Below are positions 9,777 through 18,739 of a DNA stretch of 64,000 nucleotides, one piece after another (positions within the stretch are counted from its first letter, which is position 1; the number at the start of each line of letters is the position of its first letter). Under the pieces are notes generated by a model. The model did not search any database. It saw only the letters and a program-made list of their open reading frames with translations, and was not told the DNA's origin. The stretch is from contig CALGGS010000055.1 of assembly GCA_937915735.1 (NCBI GenBank), forward strand, positions 7,881-71,880, in the 5' to 3' direction. The position numbers and the translations under genes were made by a program. The DNA is from an uncultured Treponema sp. (lineage in GTDB: Bacteria; Spirochaetota; Spirochaetia; Treponematales; Treponemataceae).

Positions 9777-10967
9777 ATGATTGCAAAGCACATTCAAGAA
9801 ACGATAAATTCTAAAGGCGCTTCCGTCATCCGTAAGATGTTTGAGGAAGGCATCGTCTTAAAAAAACAGCACGGCGAAGACAAGGTTTTTGATTTTACTC
9901 TGGGAAATCCAGATTTAGATCCGCCGGAAAAAGTTGTAAAAGCGATTCAGGAGGAAGCAAAAAACCTTTCTCATGGTCGTCACGGCTATATGCCCAATGC
10001 AGGCTATCCTTTTGTCCGTGAAGAAATTGCAAAAAAAATCTCAAAAGAGCAGGGCTGCACTGTAAAAGGCGAAAATGTAATTATGACAGTGGGTGCCGCA
10101 TCAGCCCTTAACTGTGTCTTTAAGGCTATTCTAAATCCCAACGACGAGGTTATTGTTCCGGCTCCATTTTTTGCAGAATATCGCCATTACGCAAAAAATC
10201 ACAATGGCCTTTTAATCGAAGTTCCTTCAAAAAATGATTTTTCTTTAGATTTACAAGCAATAAAATCCAAGCTAAACGAAAAAACCGCGGCTGTTTTAAT
10301 AAACAATCCGAATAATCCTACTGGAAAGATTTATTCAGAGGATGAGATAAAAGCTCTTTCAGCACTCCTTACGGAAAATTTCAAAAAGACGGGGAGGGTG
10401 ACTTATCTTGTTTGTGACGAGCCTTATCGCGCAATTGTTTATGATAATGCAAAGGTTGCTCCGGCTTTTCAGTTTTATGACAACACTGTCATAGTTTCTT
10501 CATTTGCGAAGGATTTGAGCCTTCCTGGCGAGCGAATCGGTTACATTGCCGTAAATCCAAAATCTGATAATCCTCAGGAATTCATAAGTGCAGTCACTTT
10601 TGCGCTTAGAACTTTGGGCTGCGTAAATGCCCCGGCCTTTTTCCAGAAGGTAATAGCGGCCTCTTGGGATGCGGAGGTTGATTATTCAAGCTACGAAAAG
10701 CGGCGCGACAAGCTTATGAAAGTTCTTGACAACGCTGGCATTGAATATTACCGCCCTCAGGGAGCCTTCTATCTTTTCTGCAAGGTTCCGCAAAAATTCA
10801 ATGGTGACGACGGGGAATTCTGTGATTACCTAAAAAAATATCTGATTCTGGCAGCTCCGGGCAGCGGATTCGGCGGAAAAGGCTGGTTCCGGCTTGCATA
10901 TTGTGTTTCTGAAAAAACTATCGTTAGTTCAGAGAAGGCGTTTTTAGAGGCAATGAAGGCATTATAA
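9777..10967 (+). CDS. Class I/II PLP-dependent (aspartate-type) aminotransferase
   Basis: NNPNNPTG, DEPY and SFAKDLSLPGERIGY motifs. Confidence 0.93.
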   Translation: MIAKHIQETINSKGASVIRKMFEEGIVLKKQHGEDKVFDFTLGNPDLDPPEKVVKAIQEEAKNLSHGRHGYMPNAGYPFVREEIAKKISKEQGCTVKGENVIMTVGAASALNCVFKAILNPNDEVIVPAPFFAEYRHYAKNHNGLLIEVPSKNDFSLDLQAIKSKLNEKTAAVLINNPNNPTGKIYSEDEIKALSALLTENFKKTGRVTYLVCDEPYRAIVYDNAKVAPAFQFYDNTVIVSSFAKDLSLPGERIGYIAVNPKSDNPQEFISAVTFALRTLGCVNAPAFFQKVIAASWDAEVDYSSYEKRRDKLMKVLDNAGIEYYRPQGAFYLFCKVPQKFNGDDGEFCDYLKKYLILAAPGSGFGGKGWFRLAYCVSEKTIVSSEKAFLEAMKAL

Positions 10968-10997
10968 AACCTAAAACTTTAGGATAGGAGAAAATAA

Positions 10998-12638
10998 ATG
11001 ATTACTGTAAGCGATGTTTCGCTTCATTTTAGCGAAAAACCACTTTTTAAAGATGTTAATATCAAATTCACGGCGGGAAACTGCTACGGAATTATCGGTG
11101 CGAATGGGGCAGGTAAGTCAACATTCCTAAAGATTCTTTCCGGCGAGCAGGAGCACGACACCGGAGACATTTTTATGACCCCTGGCGAGCGAATGGCCGT
11201 TTTGAGTCAGGATCACTTTGCCTTCGACTCATTCAGTGTAAAGGACACCGTAATGCAGGGCTACCCAAAACTCTACGAAGTCTCAAAAGCCCGGGACGAA
11301 ATTTACTCAAAGGCTGATTTTACCGAAGAGGACGGAATTAAGTCGGCTGAGCTTGAGGCTGAATTCGGCGAGCTTGGCGGCTATGAGGCAGAAAATCAGA
11401 TTGAGCAGATGCTCAGTGGCTTGGGACTTGAAGAAAAATATCACGACAAGATGATGAGCGAACTTGACGAAAGCCAGAAGGTTCGTGTACTTTTGGCCCG
11501 TGCTTTGTTCGGAAATCCCGACATTCTGCTTCTTGACGAGCCTACGAACGGTCTTGATTTGGAATCCATAAACTGGCTCGAAGACTTTTTGCTTGATTTT
11601 GAGAACACCGTCATCGTTGTAAGCCATGACCGTCACTTTTTGAACACGGTCTGCACGGTAACCTGCGACATTGACTTTGGTAAAATCACTCAGTTCGCAG
11701 GAAACTACGATTTCTGGTATCAGATGAGCCAGATTTTGCAGAAGCAGGCAAAAGACCAGAAAAAGAAAAACGAGGAAAAGGCCAAGGACCTCAAGGAATT
11801 CATTCAGCGCTTCGCTTCAAATGCAGCGAAATCTCGTCAGGCAACTAGCCGTAAGAAGGTTTTGGAAAAGCTGGAGCTTGAGGATTTGCCAGTTACGAGC
11901 CGAAAATTCCCTTATGTTCACTTTGCTACAGAGCGGGAAATAGGAAACAATGTCCTTGAATGCAGAGGACTTTGCTCAAAGGACGAGGACGGAGTTCAGC
12001 TTTTAAATAAATTTGACTTTAAAGTCAACAGGACTGACAAAATCGCTTTTGTCGGAGTAGAGCATAACACTATTTCCTCTCTTTTTGACATAATCGCAGG
12101 CGAGGCGAAGGCTGAAAGCGGAGAGTTCTTCTGGGGACAGACCACATCGAACACATATCTTGCCCGGGACAACAACAAGTATTTTGCCAACGACATGAAC
12201 ATCACTGAATGGCTCAAGCAGTATTCAAAAGAACAGGACGACGCTTATGTCAGAGGTTTTTTGGGAAGAATGTTGTTTTCCGGAGATGAATCGCTCAAAA
12301 AGGTAAGGGTCTTGTCTGGTGGAGAAAAGGTTCGCTGTATGCTCTCAAAAATGATGCTTCAGAACGCGAATGTTTTGATTCTTGACGACCCGACAAATCA
12401 CCTTGACCTTGAAGCAATCGAGTCCTTGAACCAGGCACTTGTTCAGTTCCCTGGAGTCATTCTTTTTACGAGCCACGACCACGAGTTCATTCAGACAATC
12501 GCAAACAGAATCGTCGAAATCACTCCGAAAGGCGTGATTGACAGAATGATGCCGTTTGACGATTATATGGCGGATGAGTCAATAAAATCCCTCCGAAAAG
12601 AATATTACGAAGGAAGCGACAGAAAGATTAAATTCTAA
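10998..12638 (+). CDS. ABC-F family ATPase (YbiT/YkpA-like)
   Basis: Tandem ABC domains (GANGAGKST, DEPTN, LSGGEK, DDPTNHLD) and no transmembrane segments. Confidence 0.92.
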   Translation: MITVSDVSLHFSEKPLFKDVNIKFTAGNCYGIIGANGAGKSTFLKILSGEQEHDTGDIFMTPGERMAVLSQDHFAFDSFSVKDTVMQGYPKLYEVSKARDEIYSKADFTEEDGIKSAELEAEFGELGGYEAENQIEQMLSGLGLEEKYHDKMMSELDESQKVRVLLARALFGNPDILLLDEPTNGLDLESINWLEDFLLDFENTVIVVSHDRHFLNTVCTVTCDIDFGKITQFAGNYDFWYQMSQILQKQAKDQKKKNEEKAKDLKEFIQRFASNAAKSRQATSRKKVLEKLELEDLPVTSRKFPYVHFATEREIGNNVLECRGLCSKDEDGVQLLNKFDFKVNRTDKIAFVGVEHNTISSLFDIIAGEAKAESGEFFWGQTTSNTYLARDNNKYFANDMNITEWLKQYSKEQDDAYVRGFLGRMLFSGDESLKKVRVLSGGEKVRCMLSKMMLQNANVLILDDPTNHLDLEAIESLNQALVQFPGVILFTSHDHEFIQTIANRIVEITPKGVIDRMMPFDDYMADESIKSLRKEYYEGSDRKIKF

Positions 12639-12645
12639 GCAAAAG

Positions 12646-12698
12646 CTTGCCGTGTTTTAAGCAAGGGTGAAAAGTATTGCCCTTTGGAGCACGGCAAG
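12646..12698. repeat. Long hairpin (terminator or REP-like) just left of the IS66
   Basis: CTTGCCGTGTT...AGCACGGCAAG outer stem enclosing an AAGGGTGA...TTGCCCTT inner stem. Confidence 0.55.
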
Positions 12699-12805
12699 GA
12701 CTTAGGGAAGGGGCAAAATAGTAAGCGTCAAACCAGCACCCCCTACGAATAAAAATTTGCATGCCATATAATCTTCTTGATTTTTAAGATCAAGGAGATT
12801 TTTTT

Positions 12806-13141
12806 ATGATATTCCCCGTCAAAAGAGTAAAAGAAGAACTCATCAACGAGTTTGCGGTTTCAAAAATGGATATTGAAACGTTCAGTCAGATGCACAGCAT
12901 CCAGCCTGAAGCTCTGCTTTCATGGATCCATGAAAAAATGAACCGTGCCAAGAATGGAGAATCAGAACACTATGATATATTCCAGGCTTCAGAGTTTGTA
13001 GAGCTGGATATTCCCGGTGCATCAAAACATCGTATTTCTGTCGGAATAGACCGAAAAGAGCTGATAACAGTCAGGGCAGGGGGAATAGAAATTGATATTC
13101 CCATAACGACAGAAGAAACAGCTCTATTCAAAATTTTCTAG
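12806..13141 (+). CDS. tnpA: IS66 TnpA accessory protein, probably shortened by a nonsense codon
   Basis: First ORF in the element, HTH-like with an FVEL..GIEIDI tail. After TAG 13139-13141 the frame continues to TGA 13157-13159, overlapping the tnpB ATG. Confidence 0.75.
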   Translation: MIFPVKRVKEELINEFAVSKMDIETFSQMHSIQPEALLSWIHEKMNRAKNGESEHYDIFQASEFVELDIPGASKHRISVGIDRKELITVRAGGIEIDIPITTEETALFKIF

Positions 13142-13155
13142 ACGGCGGCAAGTAT

Positions 13156-13503
13156 ATGAGATTCGACTTCTCCAATACACGTATTTTCCTAAGACCCGGT
13201 ACAACGAACATGAGAATCAGCAAAGAACGAATTATTCATGTAATCAGTGACATAATGAAGCAGGATCCGTTCAGCGGAGCCGTATTCATGTTCTGCAACG
13301 GACAGAGAAAACATCTGAAACTAGTCTGGTGGGATACAAACGGTTTCTGGATTGCCCAGAAAGTTCTTGAGAAAGGACAGTGGCCATGGCCGAACACCGC
13401 AGAAGAAGCAAAGGAGATAAAAATCGATGAGGTAATAATGCTTCTGAAAGGAATCGATTTCTTCTGTGCCTATGAACCTGTTGTATTTGAGAGTATTGAT
13501 TAA
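13156..13503 (+). CDS. tnpB: IS66 TnpB accessory protein
   Basis: DPFSGAVFMFCN...KLVWWDTNGFWIAQKVLEKGQWPWP, the IS66 Orf2 signature. Confidence 0.92.
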   Translation: MRFDFSNTRIFLRPGTTNMRISKERIIHVISDIMKQDPFSGAVFMFCNGQRKHLKLVWWDTNGFWIAQKVLEKGQWPWPNTAEEAKEIKIDEVIMLLKGIDFFCAYEPVVFESID

Positions 13504-13565
13504 TCTCAGTTTCTCTATAAATAATTGTAATTTTTTGATATATTTAAAATTAAGGTAAAAATATT

Positions 13566-13664
13566 ATGAAAAAAATTGTTTTATTGTTTTGTTTATCATT
13601 AACTGCTTTTAATGTATCTTGTACTTCTAAGAATAAGATTAGTTCTTCTAAAGTTAAAGTGTAA
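13566..13664 (+). pseudogene. 32-aa truncated lipoprotein or mini-lipopeptide (MKKIVLLFCLSLTAFNVSCTSKNKISSSKVKV)
   Basis: Signal peptide with lipobox NVS-C; the N-terminus resembles that of the next lipoprotein. Confidence 0.55.
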
Positions 13665-13745
13665 ACGTAAATTCAATTTGCGGATACCTTTTTTTACAAT
13701 ATAATATTATACAGAAACCCGCACAGGGGGCTCTTGGAGAAAAAA

Positions 13746-14357
13746 ATGAAATTAAAAAAATATCTTATTATCTGTCTTTCCTTGTTTTTGTTTTTTATGT
13801 CTTGCGCGACAAACAAAAATATTTCTACTTCAAAAGAAAATCTTTCCATCTATGATTATGCTTTAATTGGAGCCAATAAATCTTATAAAGATTATGAGAA
13901 TAAAAAAGGATATTCTATAACAGGACCTTTTGTGCCAGGCAGTATTGGAAGAAAACCAAAAGAAGGTGAAAAAGCACAGTATTTTGTTCAGTTTGATAGT
14001 GGTAAGAGTATGATTCAATATTTAGATGATAATGGCATTATATCAATCGAAAAAATACATATTGCAAAACATAATGACGGGTTATACTTATCAAAATATA
14101 TTGGTAAATCCAAGACTAAATTTTTAAATGATTTTCCTTTGGAATTAGATAAATATGATGCAGAATATGATTTTGGTGGCCTCCGATATGATTCCGAGAA
14201 AGATGGAAGATTTTTTGTTCAAGTAACAGTTGAGAATGAAGTGATTACTCACATTAATATCACAGTAAGGAACGAAAAAGAAATACAGAGATATAAAGAT
14301 TTAAATGAATGGATAAGTCAGGGTAATACCTATTTAGATTATATTGAAAAAGAGTAA
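13746..14357 (+). CDS. Hypothetical lipoprotein (IS66 passenger)
   Basis: Lipobox FFMS-C, AT-rich, GGAG upstream of ATG 13746. Confidence 0.75.
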   Translation: MKLKKYLIICLSLFLFFMSCATNKNISTSKENLSIYDYALIGANKSYKDYENKKGYSITGPFVPGSIGRKPKEGEKAQYFVQFDSGKSMIQYLDDNGIISIEKIHIAKHNDGLYLSKYIGKSKTKFLNDFPLELDKYDAEYDFGGLRYDSEKDGRFFVQVTVENEVITHINITVRNEKEIQRYKDLNEWISQGNTYLDYIEKE

Positions 14358-14443
14358 AAATTACTGATGGAAAAACCAGGGCTTCTCTTTGGGCTGTGGA
14401 AAAAAGCTCGCCTTCTGTTGCGCTGGGAATTTATGTTGCAGTT

Positions 14444-15262
14444 ATGAAAAAATATAAAAACAAACCAGCCTTATTTTTGCTGATTACTCTTATATTCAAT
14501 GCCTCGTATTCACTTTTCAATTTTATACTCTATTTTGAAAACAGGGAGGAAAATCTTTCGGTTTTTATTTTTCTTATCCTTCATTTAATTCCGCTGATGG
14601 TCCTCATTATTGTTTCTCAAAAAATTCAGAAAATCGAAGATAAGAAAAAACTTTCGCTAATAGAAAAATACCTGATTTTATACCTTTCACTTGATGTGTT
14701 TCTGGGGCTGGTAACTTACAATTTTTCGTTACCAAGTTATATAAGCTTTTTGTTTTATTCAAAAAACTGGTTGTACGATATAGTCTACATAATTCGCTAC
14801 CAGATGTATTATCTGGCAGCAGATTTGATTCTGAAAATTCTTTATTGGATTTCTTTCGCCTTCCTGCTTAAAGATATTTCAAACAGATGGAATCTTGTTC
14901 CAGAAACAGAAAATGAAATTCCTGAATCAGAAAAAAAGAATAAAATAAGTCCATCATTTAAGATTTCAATTGCAAATATGATTATCCTGACCTTCGAGAC
15001 AGTTTTGAACTTTTTTATTTATCTTGCCTTTGAGGAAAACAAAGGAGGAAGCGGAGAGCACGCTATAGGGATGGCTTTTGTTGCCTTCTTTCTTATTGGT
15101 GTAAAATTGATTTTCTCTCTTCCAACTCTCGTTCTGTCTATAATAGGAATTGTAAAAGGCAACCAGCAGAAAAACAAAGAAATGAAACTCAATCAGAAAG
15201 GACTAACAATAAACATAGTCTGCCTTGTAATTTGTGAACTGCAGGTGTGGTTTTGGTGGTGA
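14444..15262 (+). CDS. Hypothetical multi-pass membrane protein (IS66 passenger)
   Basis: About seven hydrophobic segments. The start is uncertain (ATG 14444 or GTG 14396). Confidence 0.7.
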   Translation: MKKYKNKPALFLLITLIFNASYSLFNFILYFENREENLSVFIFLILHLIPLMVLIIVSQKIQKIEDKKKLSLIEKYLILYLSLDVFLGLVTYNFSLPSYISFLFYSKNWLYDIVYIIRYQMYYLAADLILKILYWISFAFLLKDISNRWNLVPETENEIPESEKKNKISPSFKISIANMIILTFETVLNFFIYLAFEENKGGSGEHAIGMAFVAFFLIGVKLIFSLPTLVLSIIGIVKGNQQKNKEMKLNQKGLTINIVCLVICELQVWFWW

Positions 15263-15313
15263 AAAAATCACACCCTCTTTTTAAAAGTCTTAAAATCTGT
15301 TAGCATTTAAAAC

Positions 15314-15819
15314 ATGAAAAGGGAAGTGACAATACAGGAAGCACTGACAGAACTGGCTGCTGCAAAGATTGAGATTGAATCAATGCAGCAGCAGCTTGTT
15401 TTAAAGGACAAGTTACTTTCCTCTAAAGACGAAAAAATCACTATCCAATTATTCACAATAAATCAGCAGAAAGAACTTTTGAATCAAAAAGATGAGGAAA
15501 TAAAAAGCCTCAAAGAAGAAAATAATTCAAAAGAAATAAAAATAATTGGCCTTGAAGAACGATTAAAAACTCAATTATCACATCGCTTCGGCAGCCATTT
15601 GGAAAAGCTCTTAAGTACGCAATTGATGCATGGCCACATCTGATGAATTATCTTGATTGTCCTGAGATTTATCTGGATAACTCTGTCAGTGAACGCTCAA
15701 TAATCTTTGAATTAGCCGCAGACACGACTGGCTGGACTGATTCAAACTGGTCAGAACTTCTTCCTTGGAACATTAAATTGATAAAAAAATCTGATGTTTC
15801 AACGGTCTTAGTAGCCTAA
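15314..15819 (+). pseudogene. tnpC: IS66 TnpC transposase remnant with internal deletions and a frameshift
   Basis: N-terminal coiled coil ending RFGS (15314-15595). A second frame (15601-15819) reads GKALKYAIDAWPHL...LDNSVSERSI joined to ...ELLPWN. The zinc finger and most of the DDE core are missing. Confidence 0.88.
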
Positions 15820-15905
15820 ATAGGGCGGAAAATTGACGCTTACGCAAAATAATACCTTTACATTGGTAGACAGAACCTACATTATAGTAAGTTAGTGGCT
15901 TTGCC

Positions 15906-16514
15906 TTAAAATTTAAATGTTTTTCGCTGAATGGGGCTCATTCCGATTTCACGGCAGACTTTTATATGGGCTTTTGTCGGGTAGCCCTTGTGCTTTGCGT
16001 AGCCATATTGCGGGTAGAGCCTGTCGAATTCAACCATCATTTTGTCCCGTTCAACCTTTGCGATAATACTGGCGGCCATAACTTCAGGATATTTACCGTC
16101 GGCTTTAGGCTCACAACGGCATTTGCAAGGAATTTCAGGGCAGCTATTTCCGTCTGTAATGGCGGAAATTAGTGAAGTTAGCGGCTCAGAAAAATCATTA
16201 AACCCAAGATTTTGGGTTTTTAGCCAGTCGGGCAGCTTTAAAATCATCATTTCGTAGGCGATTTTCATTGCATACATGCTGGCCCTCAATATATTTATCT
16301 GGTCAATAGTTTCATGGTCAACGACTCCGAGTCCCCAGCAGGCTTTTTCCATAATTATTTTTTCGGCTGCAATTCGTTTTTTTTCAGAAAGCTTTTTTGA
16401 GTCATTTAAAATCTCTACGGGGAAATCCTTAGGCAAGATTACGCAGCCCGCGGTGACAGGTCCTGCCAAGGGGCCTCGTCCAGCCTCATCCAGTCCGCAA
16501 ATAAGTTCACTCAT
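15906..16514 (-). CDS. rnhB: Ribonuclease HII
   Basis: GLDEAGRGPLAGPV, DSKKL, AASIIAKVERD and KGYPT motifs. Confidence 0.96.
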   Translation of the reverse strand: MSELICGLDEAGRGPLAGPVTAGCVILPKDFPVEILNDSKKLSEKKRIAAEKIIMEKACWGLGVVDHETIDQINILRASMYAMKIAYEMMILKLPDWLKTQNLGFNDFSEPLTSLISAITDGNSCPEIPCKCRCEPKADGKYPEVMAASIIAKVERDKMMVEFDRLYPQYGYAKHKGYPTKAHIKVCREIGMSPIQRKTFKF

Positions 16515-16521
16515 AATTTTA

Positions 16522-18648
16522 TTAAAATCCCTTTTCCTTATTATCTTTATTTTCTAAAATCATTGTTTTTTCGTCCTTCCAGATTGGAGTGACGCCTTTT
16601 GTTTTTTTGTCAAAATCTCCGGTAAAGCTGTTTGATACGAGTTTTAAATTCGCGCCGGTAGACTCAATTATTCGTCCCAAATGGGATATTACCTGACAGT
16701 CTGACGATTTGAGGATGAAGCTTCCGCCCTTTACGCTGAAATTAACGGCCGTATCAGAAATTGAAGCAAAATGGCTGTTTTCGAGTAAAAACCTTGAGTT
16801 ATTCCCTGAAAAGCAGCACGCATAAGTCGGTGATTTTACGGTAAGACCTGAATTTTCAAAATCAATTATTGAAGCATTTGCTATAAAAGCAATTGCAGAC
16901 TGCAAGAAATTTCCTGAAATCTCGCAATCGGTAAAATTCGCAGCTCCTTTTTCCAAGACAAAAAGTTTCTGGGAATTTTCTGTTTCTTTTGTGGAGCTTA
17001 TTTCCTTTTGAATTATGCAATTTTGCAGCTCAAAGCTTGAATCTTTTACAAAAATGTAAGAATTTGACGGAAGGACTAAACGAGCGTCATTTATCCCTGT
17101 AAACGAGCAGTTTGAAGAAATAATATTCGCACCGTCAGAAAGCCTTACAGTCCCGCTCACAAAGATATGAACGAATTTTGAAGAGTTTATTGCCTTTAAT
17201 GCCTGTTCAAATGAAGTATATGGATGCAATCTGCTTCCGTCTGACACAAAGCTTGATGCCTCTCCGTCAAGAAAATAATTGTATTCATCGATTGTGACCT
17301 TGTAAGTCGAAATTTCGCTGACATTCCCGAAAGAATCTTCTGCGTAGGAAAAAGCCTTGTAGCTGACAGTTTTTTCAGTTCCGGCACGAAGATTAAATTC
17401 CTGGTTTTTGTACTGCACGAAATCTTTTTTGTCGGGTTTTATGTAGTCAAACTCTGATTTATTGTCGAGGTAAGAAGTGCTTTTTGCCTCAAACGGACCG
17501 TAGAGCGAAACATAGATTTTGGCGTCTTTTTCGCTTTCGATTTTTAGCTTGATATCTTTTCTTGCGTACTCCCCTACCTCGCTCGCAATGAATTTCGGCT
17601 TTAGCGGCGGCTGCTTGTCAATCACATAGTTTTTTAAAATATTCCCCTGAAATACGCCGTCAAGGTAAAGAGAAAGAATCGCCTGGCCTTCAATGAAATC
17701 TCCTGAAAATGTGTCGAATGTGAGTTCTGCGTAAAGTCCGCTGTCAATTTTTGCTTCCCCCGCTGCCCCGCTTGAAGACACCTTCATTCTGTATCTGGAG
17801 TCTCCGTCAATACTAAAGCTAATGCCCGAAGAATTCTTTTTCGTCGTGATTTTTGGTTTTGGAGCTAAGACAAAGGATTGAATCGGATTTCCGTCCTTAT
17901 ATGCGACATCCTGCCAGTAAAGTACATGAGTTTTTGTCCTGTCGATTTTTATTTCGTTTTTTGAGGCAGACCAAAGTCCTTTGTCGAGGCTCCAGATTAA
18001 ATTCTTTCCTGTAAAAACTAAAGTTTCCCAGTCAGAAATCTCAAAAGGAAGGAAAATCTTGGAAAAGCTGCCTGCTGCTTGTCCGTTTAAAAAAATTATG
18101 AATCTCCAAGAGGCTTCTCCGTTCGTAACTGTGCAAGGAATGTAGCGGAAAAGCCTGTTTTCTGAAGAAACTGAAAGTGTCGTCCCTTTTAAAAAAGGCT
18201 TTTCTCCGTCTCCTATTGAAAATAAAAGTGAGTCTGGAATTGAAATTACTTCATTGCCTGAGCAGGAAAGGATGTTTTCGGTTAATACCCTGTCGATGAA
18301 TAATTTTTCGGAGCTTCCGGTCGCATAAGGATTCAGCTCTTCGGCGACTGTGTATTTTATTTTAAAATTTTCACTCTCCCCTTTCCCTGAATTTTTTACT
18401 ACCGTTACGAAAAGATTTACATCTCCGCCGGCGTCGATTAGAACCGGTCCGTCATAAGCGAAGCCTGAATTTAGGGGATTTGAATTCGTATAAGAATAAT
18501 AAGCCTCTTCATTTTCGAGCAGATTAATGACAAGGCTCTGCCTGTTTGCGAAATTTCCGTTTACAGGCGAAATTATCTCGGCAGAAAAAAGAGGAAGCGT
18601 AAAAATCAGTGAGAAAATTAAAAAGAAGGGAAAATGCTTTTTTAACAT
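16522..18648 (-). CDS. Exported hypothetical protein (Ig/chitobiase-C-like repeats, possible C-terminal beta-helix)
   Basis: Signal peptide; YYSYTNSNP...YDGPVLI; DGSRLHPYTSFEQAL motif before a beta-rich tail. Confidence 0.6.
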   Translation of the reverse strand: MLKKHFPFFLIFSLIFTLPLFSAEIISPVNGNFANRQSLVINLLENEEAYYSYTNSNPLNSGFAYDGPVLIDAGGDVNLFVTVVKNSGKGESENFKIKYTVAEELNPYATGSSEKLFIDRVLTENILSCSGNEVISIPDSLLFSIGDGEKPFLKGTTLSVSSENRLFRYIPCTVTNGEASWRFIIFLNGQAAGSFSKIFLPFEISDWETLVFTGKNLIWSLDKGLWSASKNEIKIDRTKTHVLYWQDVAYKDGNPIQSFVLAPKPKITTKKNSSGISFSIDGDSRYRMKVSSSGAAGEAKIDSGLYAELTFDTFSGDFIEGQAILSLYLDGVFQGNILKNYVIDKQPPLKPKFIASEVGEYARKDIKLKIESEKDAKIYVSLYGPFEAKSTSYLDNKSEFDYIKPDKKDFVQYKNQEFNLRAGTEKTVSYKAFSYAEDSFGNVSEISTYKVTIDEYNYFLDGEASSFVSDGSRLHPYTSFEQALKAINSSKFVHIFVSGTVRLSDGANIISSNCSFTGINDARLVLPSNSYIFVKDSSFELQNCIIQKEISSTKETENSQKLFVLEKGAANFTDCEISGNFLQSAIAFIANASIIDFENSGLTVKSPTYACCFSGNNSRFLLENSHFASISDTAVNFSVKGGSFILKSSDCQVISHLGRIIESTGANLKLVSNSFTGDFDKKTKGVTPIWKDEKTMILENKDNKEKGF

Positions 18649-18739
18649 TGCTTTTCAATATTTTAAATTAAATTCCCCATATTTTCAACATAATTCCAAA
18701 AAGTAGACTTTTTATAGTAGATATTGTAAAATCAAAGTT

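Larger units (their letters stand above)
12721..15843 (+). mobile_element. IS66-family element, non-autonomous, with passenger genes (3,123 bp)
   Basis: TIRs GTAAGCGTCAA (12721-12731) and TTGACGCTTAC (15833-15843); 8-bp TSD GCAAAATA at 12713-12720 and 15844-15851; contains tnpA, tnpB and tnpC remnants. Confidence 0.93.

Noticed and set aside
13504..15313. Integron cassettes as the source of the IS66 cargo
   Set aside because: No convincing RYYYAAC...GTTRRRY attC palindromes flank the genes.
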